Below, piece by piece: positions 1 through 12,269 of a DNA stretch of 64,000 bases. Both the position numbers and the translations under genes were made by a program. The stretch comes from Gekko japonicus (taxonomy: Eukaryota), in assembly GCF_001447785.1 (NCBI RefSeq), contig NW_015175360.1, forward strand, positions 528,933-592,932, read 5' to 3'. Under the pieces are notes generated by a model, which did no database searches, was not told the DNA's origin, and saw nothing but the letters and a program-made list of their open reading frames with translations. How positions within the stretch are numbered: position 1 is the stretch's first letter; the number at the start of each line of letters is the position of its first letter.

Positions 1-220
1 AGCTCCGTTTTGCAGGCTCTGTGGAACTGTAAGAGGGCCCACAGGACCATGATGTCTTCCGGGAGCTCATTCCACCACTACGGAGCCGCTACTGAGAAGG
101 CCCTGGCCCTGGTAGAGACCAGCCTGGCATCTTTGGGTCCAGGGAGGGCCAAATGATTTTGCAACCCCGATCTCAGTACTCTCTAGGGAGCATGTGAGGA
201 AAGGCAGTCCCTCAGGTAAG
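1..220 (-). mobile_element. L2 LINE fragment
   Basis: Similar to 2975-3140 (agctccg...gcagg...gagctcattccac...ctggccctgg). Confidence 0.65.
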
Positions 221-821
221 GTAACAGCTCACTCTTATTACTGCGGTGGTAGAGACCATTAATTCTCAGTGGTAGGCTCCTGTGCTCTTCTGAATTGTCT
301 CTCTTTCAGCTCTGCAGCTATCACCACAGAAGTAAGTGCATCTGATCACTTCTCCACACACAGACACTTTTCTGTTGCCTGCTTTAGTGACCTTTAGTGT
401 TCACTGCTTTAGTTTAATCCAGAAGAAACAAACAGTTCACTGCTACATAGAATCCTTAAAACTTACTACCCAGTTTTATAATTTTAGATGACGATAACTA
501 TTTATTACTTATAGTGAATCTCTATTAGTTGCTTTAATTCAATCACCACATCCAAAGATGGATTTGTATAAAAGAACATTCAAATAATATAGACTGAGGT
601 AGGCTGCTGAGAATGGTTACAATTCAGTGATTTTTTTAAAATATGTCCACGTTTTTCCTCAACAGTCACATATATTGCAGCTTTCAGGCTCAGCTTTATC
701 CATCTCTTCATATTAAGGGAAATTTGACCTATATCTATTTAAACTGACTATCTTTTTGAATTCTGGCATGAGACATAACAAAAGAGGCTACAACATGAAT
801 GGAATGGAAGAAAAATATTAA

Positions 822-1066
822 AGGCAAGTTGCAGTCCAGTAGCACCGTTAAGACCAAGTTTTATTCAGGTACAAGCTCTCCCTCCTCTGCGAGGACAGAT
901 CTGCATGTCCCCCCCCCAATAGCTAGCAATTCAAAACAGTCCAGTGTAGCCTGAGCGGTGGGTGTTGCCTTCTGACACACTTTTGGTGATACCAGGGGGT
1001 GTGGCATATGCAAATAAGTTATACTAATGAGCTCCTGCACCTCTTTTTCTACAAAATCACCCCCCG
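822..1066. mobile_element. Partial inverted copy of the same hAT MITE family
   Basis: Reverse complement matches the left half of 6927-7341; one degenerate TIR near 1055-1066. Confidence 0.75.
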
Positions 1067-1448
1067 GATAAATGACATTATATGAACCACGACCCACTGG
1101 CATCAGGGAGACGTTTTTCCAAGCACAACAAAGTTTGAGTCCAGTGGCACCTTTAAGACCAACAAAGTTATAACCAGAATAAAACTTTGTTGGTCTTAAA
1201 GGTTCTGCTGGATTCAAACTTTGTTTTACTGCTTCAGACCAACATGGATACCCACCTGAATTTATTTCCAAGTAGTCTGTTTAGAACCAGGCTGTGCAAA
1301 AATGAAGATGAAAAGAAATCCCGAGTGATGTGACTCCTTTCTTCAACCCCCTAGTAGATTTCCATTAATCCACATAACAATGATTAAAAAGTTGAATTCT
1401 GAAAAGGTTCAGAGCTAATTATGTATACGCAAAATACAAAAGGGTCTG

Positions 1449-1454
1449 TTTATT
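1449..1454 (-). terminator. Candidate polyadenylation signal of the MTARC gene
   Basis: AATAAA on the minus strand about 170 nt after the stop codon, following an AU-rich UTR. Confidence 0.55.
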
Positions 1455-1622
1455 ACAACTTTTTCCAACGCAAGCCCATTTTAGAAAGTTCTATGTACAC
1501 CAATATTTCATAAAAGTATTACATTAATTTTTCTAATTACAAAAGAGTGCTAAATAATTTTTTTCCACAAAAAAGGCACTTAAAGGTACAAAAGAAGAGT
1601 TTCCATTTGGCTTGCATCTGTA

Positions 1623-1749
1623 TTACCCAATTATCTTGTACACTGGGTCTCCAACCTGAAGCATTCCTGTTTTAGCAATTCCAAAGTACCACCCAAAGAG
1701 TGGGTGTGATCTGTATATATGCTGCTCAGAAGGATCACACTGGCGGTAG
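1623..1749 (-). CDS. MTARC2: mARC exon 7 (last coding exon)
   Basis: ctgcag acceptor; [41 protein letters not shown] then TAA. The seven exons sum to 990 nt in frame. Confidence 0.95.
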
Positions 1750-2643
1750 CTGCAGACAAGATGAGATCAGAATAAGTCATCTACAAGACAGTTAAGTGCT
1801 GTTGTGAGAAGCTGAACGGAACACAAGAGGGTTGAATCCAGACACAGCAAGGACTGTGCAAGGTCCATGCAAGGTTCCCTGGTATTCTCAGCCTGCCCAG
1901 CCCCAACACATCCATTTCTGATGCTGGGAAAGTTTCTTCTGATCTATGTGGAACCCACATGGAACTACACAGGTCAGAAGGCTTCAGTGGAGACAAGGAG
2001 AAATCACTCCTTTCTTCCTCTTCTGTCAACAGAGCTCCTCATGCAAGAGGGAGATATTTCATTCTCATAATAGAAACAATGCACCTCTTTAGGGCATTAC
2101 TTCCTAGTGGAAGTTAGTCTATCCTGGGGTGAATTATCTGCAGCTTCTCCTTATGAGGAATGAGTCATCTATAACAGATGATTTTCACAGTGACTGGGTG
2201 ACTCTATCTTCTGGCATGTTAAACACCAGTACTATGCAGAAGGATCACAGAATCCTGAAATATTCATGCACATGTCCAAAAATCAAAATTATCCCAAATC
2301 TGAAGTCTGAGTGCTTTCAGTATCCTCCCCTCAGCCTTCCCCCCCCTACCCTGTTGAAGCTTATGACAAAAGGTAGCACTCAATAAGTTTGCATTAGATA
2401 ACCGAGGACTATCCTCTAAGAAAAATCAAAGCCACTGCCAAATTAAAGCACCTATACTTGAAGATCTACAGGACTTACATGCAAACAGTGTGTTTGGGAA
2501 CAGAGTTCAATTAGGACAATAAAGTGAAGTACTGCAGTGAGAGAGACAGGCAAAAGTATTTGAGTGACCATCCTAATTAGCAGCTAAGGAAACTACATCA
2601 AGTGGTGATAGTGACCAAGATGCCAAACATCCACACCAACATA

Positions 2644-3146
2644 TGTATTTATTTGTTTATTAATTAATTTATTTGATTTATACCCTGCCCTCCCCGCCAA
2701 AGCAGGCTTACAAGGCCATTTGGCAATAAAAATTAAGATAATAATAATAAAAACACAGTAGTATCAAAAATATAAGGTGCTATGTATGGTAGGATGGCCA
2801 GAACTGTTCTAATCAACCGCCGCAGAGTCAGCGCTAGCTGTACGGCTGGTAATTGGTTCCTGTGTACATTATTCCTCCTTATAAGCAAGGATATTAAGAC
2901 AGGCGGCCAGGGTGGATTTAAGGGCCTAGCTTGCTCAGTTGATGTTCGCCCATTTGCTCAAACACTTGGTGGAAGAGCTCCGTCTTGCAGGCCCTGTGGA
3001 GTTGCGGTAGATCCTGCAGGGCCCTGATGTCCTCCAGGAGCTCATTCCACTAGAGCGATGCTGTTGCCGAGAAAGCTCTGGCCCTGGTTGTGGCCAGCCT
3101 GATATCTTTGAGGCCGGGAAGTGTAAGGAGATTTTGTGATCTAGAT
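2644..3146 (-). mobile_element. L2 LINE 3' fragment
   Basis: (TTTA)n tail and similarity to the 3' end of the 12270-13633 element. Confidence 0.7.
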
Positions 3147-3301
3147 GTACAGCTTTGCATGGTGGCTGGAAAAGCAGTTACTATGCTCCAGCCCACATTC
3201 TAAAAATTTTGGTACATGCTTTTAAAAAGTAAGAAAATCCTGCAAACTGTAACGACTGATCTTCCCACAGAGAATGGAGAGAAGGACCAAAAATACTTCA
3301 C

Positions 3302-3373
3302 CTTTTCAGGGTGTCAAGAGGCTCTTTCCTGTCCATGATTCCAGTATCTGGATCAATAGTTGTAAAAATACAC
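3302..3373 (-). CDS. MTARC2: mARC exon 6 (Moco-ligating Cys)
   Basis: tgtag acceptor, gtgaag donor, 72 nt; [23 protein letters not shown]. Preceded by a 73-nt intron. Confidence 0.95.
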
Positions 3374-3446
3374 CTACAATGACAAAGCAGTGTGAGAGAA
3401 AAGCAGCCTCACACTTCTGCTTCCAAATACTATCCAAAATGCTTAC

Positions 3447-3508
3447 CGTGGGCAGGCCATTACACCTTTCATTTCTACACTTCCAATCACTATCTCGTTC
3501 CAGGTATC
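3447..3508 (-). CDS. MTARC2: mARC exon 5
   Basis: ccttag acceptor, gtaagc donor, 62 nt; DTWNEIVIGSVEMKGVMACPR. Confidence 0.95.
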
Positions 3509-5103
3509 CTAAGGAAATACAACATTCATAACATCAGTTCATTTATACTGTGTTTCACCTCAGAATGGCACTGAGCATATTCATATTCACTGTGGTAATA
3601 CAGAGAAGAGATTTCCTCCATCGCCATTTTAAGTGCTCTTAAAGATGCTAGGAAAAAACAGGTGAAAGAACATTAATTTAAAAAATGGCTCCAGCATTAA
3701 GACATTACTATTAGTAAAGATATTTTCAGATTTGGAGAAACACATTAGTATGAGTCGCTATATAATGTTCATTCCAATACAAAAAAGAGAATGAGTTTGT
3801 GAAACTGATCTCCCTTCCCCCACATCCTCAGGTGTCCCCTTCAAAAGTTGCTTCTGAGGGTCAAGGGACCCGTGAATCTGGCACGGGGGTTGCAACAAAA
3901 ATCAGCTTAAATCCCCCTTCCCCTCTCGCAGAATAGTTTTCTCAATGGGGAGGTGATTTCTGCAAATGTCTTCTTTTTGTTACAGTCCCCTGTATGTAAC
4001 CCAATTACCTCTCAAGTGTATCTGACCCTCTGGATCAACTTTTGTAGGGAGGGAAGAAAGCCACCTTATAAACCTGTTGTGTTCACTGGATACCACCCAT
4101 TATAAACAAAGCAAATAAAGAAGATAAAATTCAACTAGGCTGGTAATTATATCTGCATCAGGAACATATCCAAATAGTCCCTGTTGTACATATGAGGCCT
4201 GGCACTTCTCTACTACAAGACGAACACTGAAGGCTGAAATTAGCTTTATTTCCAACGATGTACAGCTTCAAAAGTAGGCCATTTCTGAATCGAAGATCCC
4301 CTGTTGCTTGGCAACTCCCTAGCATCCATCAAAAGTAGTAAACTTTACACAAACATTTCAAGTCAGATTTAGTGCAAATATGCTACCAGGCAATTTTTTT
4401 TTTATTTAAAAAAATTTAAAGAAAACATGAACCCCATCCTGTTTCGATGTGTAGCAACCAAGTAATTTATTGACTTGACTGGAGTTAACTTTTGATTAAA
4501 CAATGGCTTGATTTAATTGCCTGGAAGCCATTGAATGTTCCAGGTAAAAAATTAATCCAACCTCAGACCTTTACACTGAATAATAAAAGGTTTAAGCTTC
4601 TGTTGAACAGGACTCTTTACACACTGACGTTTTGCTCTTCCTTACAGAAGTACTGGTTTCAGGAGTATCCACATGACATCATCCTCTATTCATCCTGCCT
4701 TCAGTGTTTTTCCCACTATCTGCAGAAATCTCCCCCCAACCCTGGTTTGATACAGTATTTTTAGAAGGATTGCAGTCAAGGGGCCTTGGATGCTGTGTGG
4801 ATAGAAAGGTATACATGCTCTCATGTCCTGCCCACAGCACTGCCATTTTCCTTTCCTGAGCTTGTTCAATACCCGTATTGCTGCCACAATGTACTCCTTC
4901 CCAGCTGCCTTTTTCCCTTCTTTAAGTAAGGCTCTAGCCCTTTTAGTTGCAGAATTATAAGGGGAAGAACACTGGTTGCACATTTCTCCTTGCAACCCCA
5001 CAACCAAAATGGCTAGAGACACTTTTAAAAAAATAAATATGCAAGCCAGGAACTAGTACATTGTAGCAACACATTACTATAGCTATGTATCAATATATGC
5101 TAG

Positions 5104-5452
5104 GAGCTGCGGTGGCTCAAGTGGTTAAGATGCTGAACTGTAGGCTGTGGAAGGTCAGTAGTTCAACAGTTCGAGACCCGGGTTGCCACATGATGGAGTG
5201 AGCTCCCGTCTCTAGTTCCAGCTCCTGCCAACCTAGCAGTTCGAAAGCAAGAAATTTCAAGTAGATAAAAAGGTACCACTTCGGTGGGAAGGTAACAGCG
5301 TTCCGTGAGCCTTGGTGTTTAGTCATGCCGGCCACATGGCCACGGAAACGTCTTCGGACAGCGCTGGCTCTTCGGCTTTGAAACAGAGATGAGCACCGCA
5401 ACCCTAGAGTCGGATTCGACTGGCTTTCGAGCAAGGGAACCTTTACCTTTAC
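5104..5452 (+). mobile_element. Sauria SINE, full length
   Basis: tRNA-like head, central GGTACC...GGGAAGGTAAC, (ACCTTT)n tail. Confidence 0.88.
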
Positions 5453-5965
5453 TATCAGTATTGCAGACTTTTTTAAAGCCCTCTTGTGGTGGGAAGGGGA
5501 GGAAGATTGACAGCCACAGAGGGCTGAGGCAAGGAGAGCATGGCAAAAACTCCCACGTGACTGTTCCACGGCCACTTCAAGGGCCTCAGCTTTTACAGCA
5601 GCAACAAGAGCTACATGGAGAACTGTGGCCATGTGGAAGCAGCCCAGGTTTATACATGCATTTCATTAAGAACTTTTCTCCTCACTTTATAATCCCTGTA
5701 AAGGTGAAGTTATTAGTAGAACAGCTCAAAGAAAAAGAATTCGTGGATGTATGCTACTCAAGAGGGAATTCTTTCAGCTGTGCATCCAATTTTATCTGAA
5801 GGTGTACCCCCTGCCCATTGTCACCATTTCACTGAAAAATCCAAACATTTATTCCCTCAAGAGGCTGTGTAAATGGCTGGTTAATATTTATCTATAAACA
5901 TGTCATTTTCATTAAATATTAACACAAAGTGCCAAGGCAATTCTTTATTAGTTTATAACTATTAC

Positions 5966-6106
5966 CTCCTCATGAGGACCACAGCCGGTGACCACAATAT
6001 TTGGCCTGAAGTTACGTATTTGAACTTTCTTCTCCAGCTGGGAATTTAGCTCTTCCACGGATGCTTCAGAGAGTACCATAACTGGACTACAGTCAGGGTA
6101 GGCAAT
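5966..6106 (-). CDS. MTARC2: mARC exon 4
   Basis: ccctgcag acceptor, gtaata donor, 141 nt; [47 protein letters not shown] (FRPNI MOSC motif). Confidence 0.95.
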
Positions 6107-6926
6107 CTGCAGGGAAACATTTAAAGAGGAAATGCCATTAACAGCATCCCAAGACAACACTTCTAAATTGGCATAGTGAACTGCTCGCCCACAAATTGAG
6201 TGCAGCTCTCAAAGCATTTGTATGTAGCTTCTGGTTGTCCAAAGGCACTTTAATAAAAATGTGATAAAATATGTGACCCAACAGGTCACACAACAAAAAG
6301 GAAAATTTCTGGAAAGGTCAGAAATAATGATATTCTACCATACTGTGTTGCATCTCTGTCTAGGTTTTGTATAAAATGTCCTGGCCAACAGTTACTTGAG
6401 GAAATTACTACAAAGGTTGAGCTGCAAAGGGCTGAGTTTATAAAACAGAGTTCCTGTCTGGGAAAACAGTTCCCAAGAATATATATTTACCTGTGACAGA
6501 AAAGGTGGTAACTTGTGGCACTTACCAAGCATCCCTCACCACAACAGCCATTCAACGTGTGTCACTGAATTTCTACCTACTTTGAAATGAACATCAAGAA
6601 AGAACAGCTGTACTATGGCAGTGGAAGAAAAAACAAAAGAGGTGGTTTACAATGAGGGACCCACGAGATACCTCACTAAGGTAAATCAGAACCTTCTTGC
6701 ATCAGGAGTCATAGCCCATTAACACAATGGGAGAAAAATTGGTTCCAGCCTTGGGAGTATTCTGAAACTACAAATTCTAGTTAGTTTCCAATGTTTAACT
6801 AGTTAGATACTTGCAAACATCTTCTGTTTCTCAACACTTAGAATCATAGAATCATAGAGTTGGAAGGGGCCTCCAGAGTCATCTAGTCCAACCCCCTGCA
6901 CAATGCAGGAAATTCACAAATACCTC

Positions 6927-7341
6927 CAGGGGTCATTTCGTAGAAAAAGAGGTGCAGGAGCTCATTAGCATAGCTCATTAGCATAACTTATTTGCATAAG
7001 CCGCACCCCCTGAAATCATCGGAAGTGTGTCAGAAGGCAACACCTACCGCTCAGGCTACACTGGACTGTTTTGGATTGCTAGCTATTGGGGGGGGGGAAC
7101 GTGCAGATCTGTCCTTGCAGAGGGGGGAGAGCTTGTACCTGAATAAAACTTGGTCTTAAAGGTGCCACTGGACTGTTTTCGACCGGGGGGGCGGGGGGAG
7201 GTCTGCAACTTACCTGGCTGCTTCTTGCTCTTACGGAGGGCTGCTGGGAGCAGGGGGTGGGGCTTGTTGCGTGTGCCTGCCCCCTGGGCTCTTTACTGCC
7301 GGAGCTCCGTTCCTGTGCGCTCCTGCAGGAAATGACCCCTG
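6927..7341. mobile_element. Non-autonomous hAT DNA transposon (MITE)
   Basis: TIRs CAGGGGTCATTTC...GAAATGACCCCTG; perfect 8-bp TSD aatacctc; inserted in a CR1 3' end (agaatcat repeats at 6840). Confidence 0.9.
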
Positions 7342-7597
7342 AATACCTCCCTCTCCACCCCTGCAGTGACCGCTGTTCCATGCCCATAAGATGACAAAAA
7401 AACTCCAGGATTGTTTCCTGACTTATTTATACTCTTCTTGCAGGTGTCTAGAGCGCTTACAGACAACCCTATGCAGAGTTACTCTCATGTCAAGCCCACT
7501 GATTTTATTTATTACACTGCATTTAGACTAGAAAAACAGCACATAGGGCTGTACTGTAAGACACATGGTAAAAACGAATACAAATGCATTACCTCAC

Positions 7598-7760
7598 CTT
7601 ATCACTGGGTCGAAAAGGCTCCATAAGATCCTTTGCATTCCTTGGAACCATGCTTAATTCAAAATGAACAAGGCGATATGGATGCGAATTCAGAAAGGCT
7701 GTGATCCATTGAGCTGCCTCTTCACCACAGTCTCTGCCTTGGATGTCAAAGCCAAACACC
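7598..7760 (-). CDS. MTARC2: mARC exon 3
   Basis: cag acceptor, gtgagg donor, 163 nt; VFGFDIQGRDCGEEAAQWITAFLNSHPYRLVHFELSMVPRNAKDLMEPFRPSDK. Confidence 0.95.
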
Positions 7761-8454
7761 CTGAATGATTGTGAGGGATATCAGTATATTCTCTGCTATC
7801 CAGGACAAAATAATTCTCAGTTAATAATTTAGAGTATAAACACACGTTTTCTGAACAGCAGCAACATTTTATTCTTTTCTGAAAATTTACTCTTATTTGT
7901 ACGATAAACCCATACACCGATTAATAGGCTCATAGGATATATAGTGACTAAGCAAGAATGAGCCAAGGACTACGCAGGGGATATGCAAACTTGGTTTGGT
8001 TCTGGTGGAGATGGGAAGGCGTTAGGGTTTCCACAGGTCCCCATCCATATCCAGGGACATTTCCCTTCTTGCCTGACATTCTCTTCCTCCATCACAGGCA
8101 GGCTTTTTTGCTATTTAAAAAAATATTGGGAGTCTATTGCTGTAGCATCCTAACACTACAGCAATATGCCTACTACTTTTTTAAAGTGGCAAACTACTTA
8201 AAAAAAAAACCTGACAAAAGCCCACTCTGCTGGGGGAACACAAGGGGAAAGCACTGAGCAAATCCACGTGCAAAGGTTCCGTTCCCACTTCATTGCGCTT
8301 GCAGCAGCAATTACAGCAAAACAGGGAACCATCCCAGAGCAGAAGCAACCTTTGAAGAGACACATGACATGATCAGGTCTTCTTCCAACATGATATATAT
8401 GGGAAGACATTAATCCCACCTCAGCACCACTACTCATCTCTAACATGCCACTGA

Positions 8455-8670
8455 GGAGGGGCTGTGGCTCAGTGGTAAAGCATCTGCTAGGCATGCAGAG
8501 GATCCCAAGTTCAATCCCTGGCATCTCCAGGTAAAAGGACCAGGCAGGAGGTGATGTGAGAGACCTCAGCCTGAGACCCCGCGGAGCTGCTGCCAGTCTG
8601 AGTAGACAGGACTGACTTTGAGGGACCAAGAATCTGATTCAGTATAAGGCAGCTTCACCTGTCCACATGT
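8455..8670 (+). mobile_element. tRNA-derived SINE (Squam2-like)
   Basis: A box TGGCTCAGTGG, B box GTTCAATCCC. Related copies at 11842-12013 (-), 31923-32115 and 40457-40637. Confidence 0.75.
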
Positions 8671-8737
8671 GTACACTGCCAGGTCACTTTAACACGTAGA
8701 GAATTTGTCAAGAGATCGAATCGTAGATCCTTCACAT

Positions 8738-9154
8738 CAGGGGTCATTTCGTAGAAAAAGAGGTGCAGGAACTCATTAGCATAATTCATTAGCATAGTTT
8801 ATGTGCATATGCCACACCCCCTGACATCACCAGAAGTGTGTCAGAAGGCAACACCCACCGCTCAGGCTACACTGGACTGTTTTGGATTGCTAGCTGGTGG
8901 CCTCCGGGGGGGGGGGGGGAATGCGCAGATCTGCCCTCACAGAGGAGGGAGAGCTTGTACCTGAATAAAATTTGGTCTTAAAGGTGCCACTGGACTGTTT
9001 TGGACCGGGGGGGGGCTCTGCAACACCTGGCTGCTTCTTGCTCTGACTGAGGGCTGCTGGGAGCAGAGGGTGGGGCTTGTTGCATCTGCCCGCCCCCTGG
9101 GCTCTTTACTGCCGGAGCTCCGCTCCTGTGCGCTCCTGCAGGAAATGACCCCTG
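8738..9154. mobile_element. Non-autonomous hAT DNA transposon (same family)
   Basis: Same TIRs; perfect 8-bp TSD cttcacat. Confidence 0.9.
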
Positions 9155-9547
9155 CTTCACATAAATTATAGTATGGACTAAACAGACCAGAGTTTCAGAG
9201 ATACTACAAGTCACTAAAACTATTTAAGTACTACTCTTTCCAAAGGGGCTTAAAACAACAGTAGCATTAAATCTTTTTGATTTAGGACTGCCTAAAATAT
9301 CACTAAATAGCAAGCAAGCTTTTGAGTTCTCTAAAGACTCTTCAGGAGTAGGAGTGAGCAGAAGAAAAATGTGATAGTTCTTGTTAACAAAAGGGATTAA
9401 CTTAATTGAAAATGTACAAACACATTTGAAATGCTTTTATATGATTTAGTGACATAACTTCAACAGATGCAATTTGACTCTAAGGGATTTTACAGTTTGA
9501 TTATGAAAAATGGGCAAGAGGTTGACAGAAGGAATTATTTTATTCAC

Positions 9548-9620
9548 CTGCAATTCTTCACTGGATGGCTCTTCCCGAGCAGTCACTTTATGTCCATCTT
9601 CCTTTACCACAAGCCAATGT
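9548..9620 (-). pseudogene. Second, internally deleted copy of mARC exon 2 (73 nt)
   Basis: Same acceptor and first 54 nt as 10727-10674, joined to the exon 3' end and donor; lacks the 101 nt at 10573-10673. Part of the near-identical duplication 9567-10149 vs 10674-11280. Confidence 0.75.
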
Positions 9621-10565
9621 CTGAAGTTCAGAACACATCAAAATGCATTAAGCGTTATGGAAAGGCAACTAAACTTTGCATAGCTGAAATTCTAGCGTGG
9701 TCAGCTGTTTAAGACTGACAGTGAACGATCAGGTTGTTAATCCATGCTGATTTTTAATATGACATCTGTATTCCAGCCTTAATCAAGTTCAGAGCTGTCA
9801 CACACACTTTCCTACCTAAGTTTGAGTTAAATTTAGACTCCGTGGAGAGTTAAATTTAGATTCCATGGAACTATATCTGGTACTTTCAGACCATTCTGAG
9901 TTAAATGAACAATCTGTATAACTATGCCTTCTGCTTAGATTTTTTTTCTATACAGAAGTGCAGCATATCTCTTTGTGCCAGCAGCCACTAAATTCTTGTA
10001 GTCCTGCCCACTAATACATGACCTCTGTCACTGATTATTACCAGCACATGAAACTCCTGATCTTATCGGGATAGTCTGATAACAGCCAAGAGGTCACTCG
10101 TGGCTATAATGCTTGTTCCCAGAAATGGGCACTGACTGTGGGGTTCCTCNNNNNNNNNNNNNNNNNNNNNNNNNNNNNNNNNNNNNNNNNNNNNNNNNNN
10201 NNNNNNNNNNNNNNNNNNNNNNNNNNNNNNNNNNNNNNNNNNNNNNNNNNNNNNNNNNNNNNNNNNNNNNNNNNNNNNNNNNNNNNNNNNNNNNNNNNNN
10301 NNNNNNNNNNNNNNNNNNNNNNNNNNNNNNNNNNNNNNNNNNNNNNNNNNNNNNNNNNNNNNNNNNNNNNNNNNNNNNNNNNNNNNNNNNNNNNNNNNNN
10401 NNNNNNNNNNNNNNNNNNNNNNNNNNNNNNNNNNNNNNNNNNNNNNNNNNNNNNNNNNNNNNNNNNNNNNNNNNNNNNNNNNNNNNNNNNNNNNNNNNNN
10501 NNNNNNNNNNNNNNNNNNNNNNNNNNNNNNNNNNNNNNNNNNNNNNNNNNNNNNNNNNNNNNNNN

Positions 10566-10727
10566 ACTGGATTCTTTGGGGATAACTCAGCAGGAATATG
10601 AAGATCTTTCATTTCTGGAGCGCTCAAAGTTAGATATCCATTTTTGCAAGTGAGAGAAATCAATACCAGCCGAGGCTCTTCCCGAGCAGTCACTTTATGT
10701 CCATCTTCCTTTACCACAAGCCAATGT
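10566..10727 (-). CDS. MTARC2: mARC exon 2 (runs into assembly gap; last 12 nt seen only at 9548-9559)
   Basis: ttcag acceptor; [53 protein letters not shown]. The missing end (VKNCR|gtgaat) is present at 9559-9548, giving 174 nt. Confidence 0.9.
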
Positions 10728-11267
10728 CTGAAGTTCAGAACACATTAAAATGCATTAAGTGTTATGGAAAGGCAACTAAACTTTGCATAGCTGAAATTCT
10801 AGCGTGGTCAGCTGTTTAAGACTGACAGTGAACGATCAGGTTGTTAATCCATGCTGATTTTTAATATGACATCTGTATTCCAGCCTTAATCAAGTTCAGA
10901 GCTGTCACACACACTTTCCTACCTAAGTTTGAGTTAAATTTAGACTCCGTGGAGAGTTAAATTTAGATTCCATGGAACTATATCTGGTACTTTCAGACCA
11001 TTCTGAGTTAAATGAACAATCTGTATAACTATGCCTTCTGCTTAGATTTTTTTTCTATACAGAAGTGCAGCATATCTCTTTGTGCCAGCAGCCACTAAAT
11101 TCTTGTAGTCCTGCCCACTAATACATGACCTCTGTCACTGATTATTACCAGCACATGAAACTCCTGATCTTACCGGGATAGTCTGATAACAGCCAAGAGG
11201 TCACTCGTGGCTATAATGCTTGTTCCCAGAAATGGACACTGACTGCGGAAAGACACAGGAAACAGCC

Positions 11268-11815
11268 TGTGGGGTTCCTCAAGGGGGCAGTACTGTCCCC
11301 AATGTTATTTCACATCTACATGTGCCCCCTTGCCCAGATTGCCCGGAGGCATAGGCTAGGGTGCCACCCATATGCAGATGACACCCAGCTATATCTGTTG
11401 TTGGGCGGTCAGTCCGACTCTACCCCAGATGACCTGGAGTGGGCGCTTTGTGACATGGCGAGCTGGCTTAGACTGAGTCAACTGAAATTGAATCCAACGA
11501 AGATGGAGGTCCTGTGCCTGAGCGGACTGGGGGTAGGGACCCCACTTCCAACCTTCGATGGGGCGTCATTGGTGCCAGCGCCGAGGGTTAGGTGTTTGGA
11601 AATGCTTCTGGATGCCACCTTAACAATGGAGAGTGGCTATAATGCTTGTTCCCAGAAATGGACACTGACTGCGGAAAGACACAGGAAACAGCCTGTGGGG
11701 TTCCTCAAGGGGGCAGTACTGTCCCCAATGTTATTTCACATCTACATGTGCCCCCTTGCCCAGATTGCCCGGAGGCATAGGCTAGGGTGCCACCCATATG
11801 CAGATGACACCCAGA
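11268..11815 (+). mobile_element. Two tandem internal L2 RT fragments
   Basis: 11268-11630 resembles 12555-12915; 11633-11815 repeats 11207-11389; flanked by a repeated ggaaagacacaggaaacagcct. Confidence 0.8.
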
Positions 11816-12269
11816 CTGAGGAAAGACACAGGAAACAGCCTTGTACCAAGTCAGACCACTGCTCTAGCGAGGCCAGTACTATACACTCTGATTGGCAGCA
11901 GCTCTCACATTACTGCCTCCTGACCCTTTTAACAGAAGATGCCAGAGACTGAACCTGGGACCTTCTACATGTCCAGTAGATGCTCTACCACTTAGTCTCT
12001 ACCACAATCCCTCCCTGTTTTTAAAAGAAGTGGGAAACAGGTTTGTCAGTTTTTGAATCCATCTTTGTAGCTCAACACCTGTTTGAGCTGAAGTACTTAG
12101 CAGGTAATAAGATGGATGCTATGAAAAGTTTTACCAGCTGATTTCTACCTAAAACAGAAGTAGTACAGGAGGATGTTCTTCAGTAGCTACATACAAATAA
12201 GATCAAAATGTTTTAAGGGACCAGTGGCAGGGGGGGCTTGTTAGAGCTTTATGGACGACACTTCCATGC

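Noticed and set aside
8455-8530. tRNA gene
   Set aside because: A and B boxes are present but there is no complete cloverleaf; it is the head of a dispersed SINE.
10094-10653. Long ORFs spanning 10.1-10.7 kb
   Set aside because: Artefacts of reading through the 416-N gap; only the exon-2 part is real.
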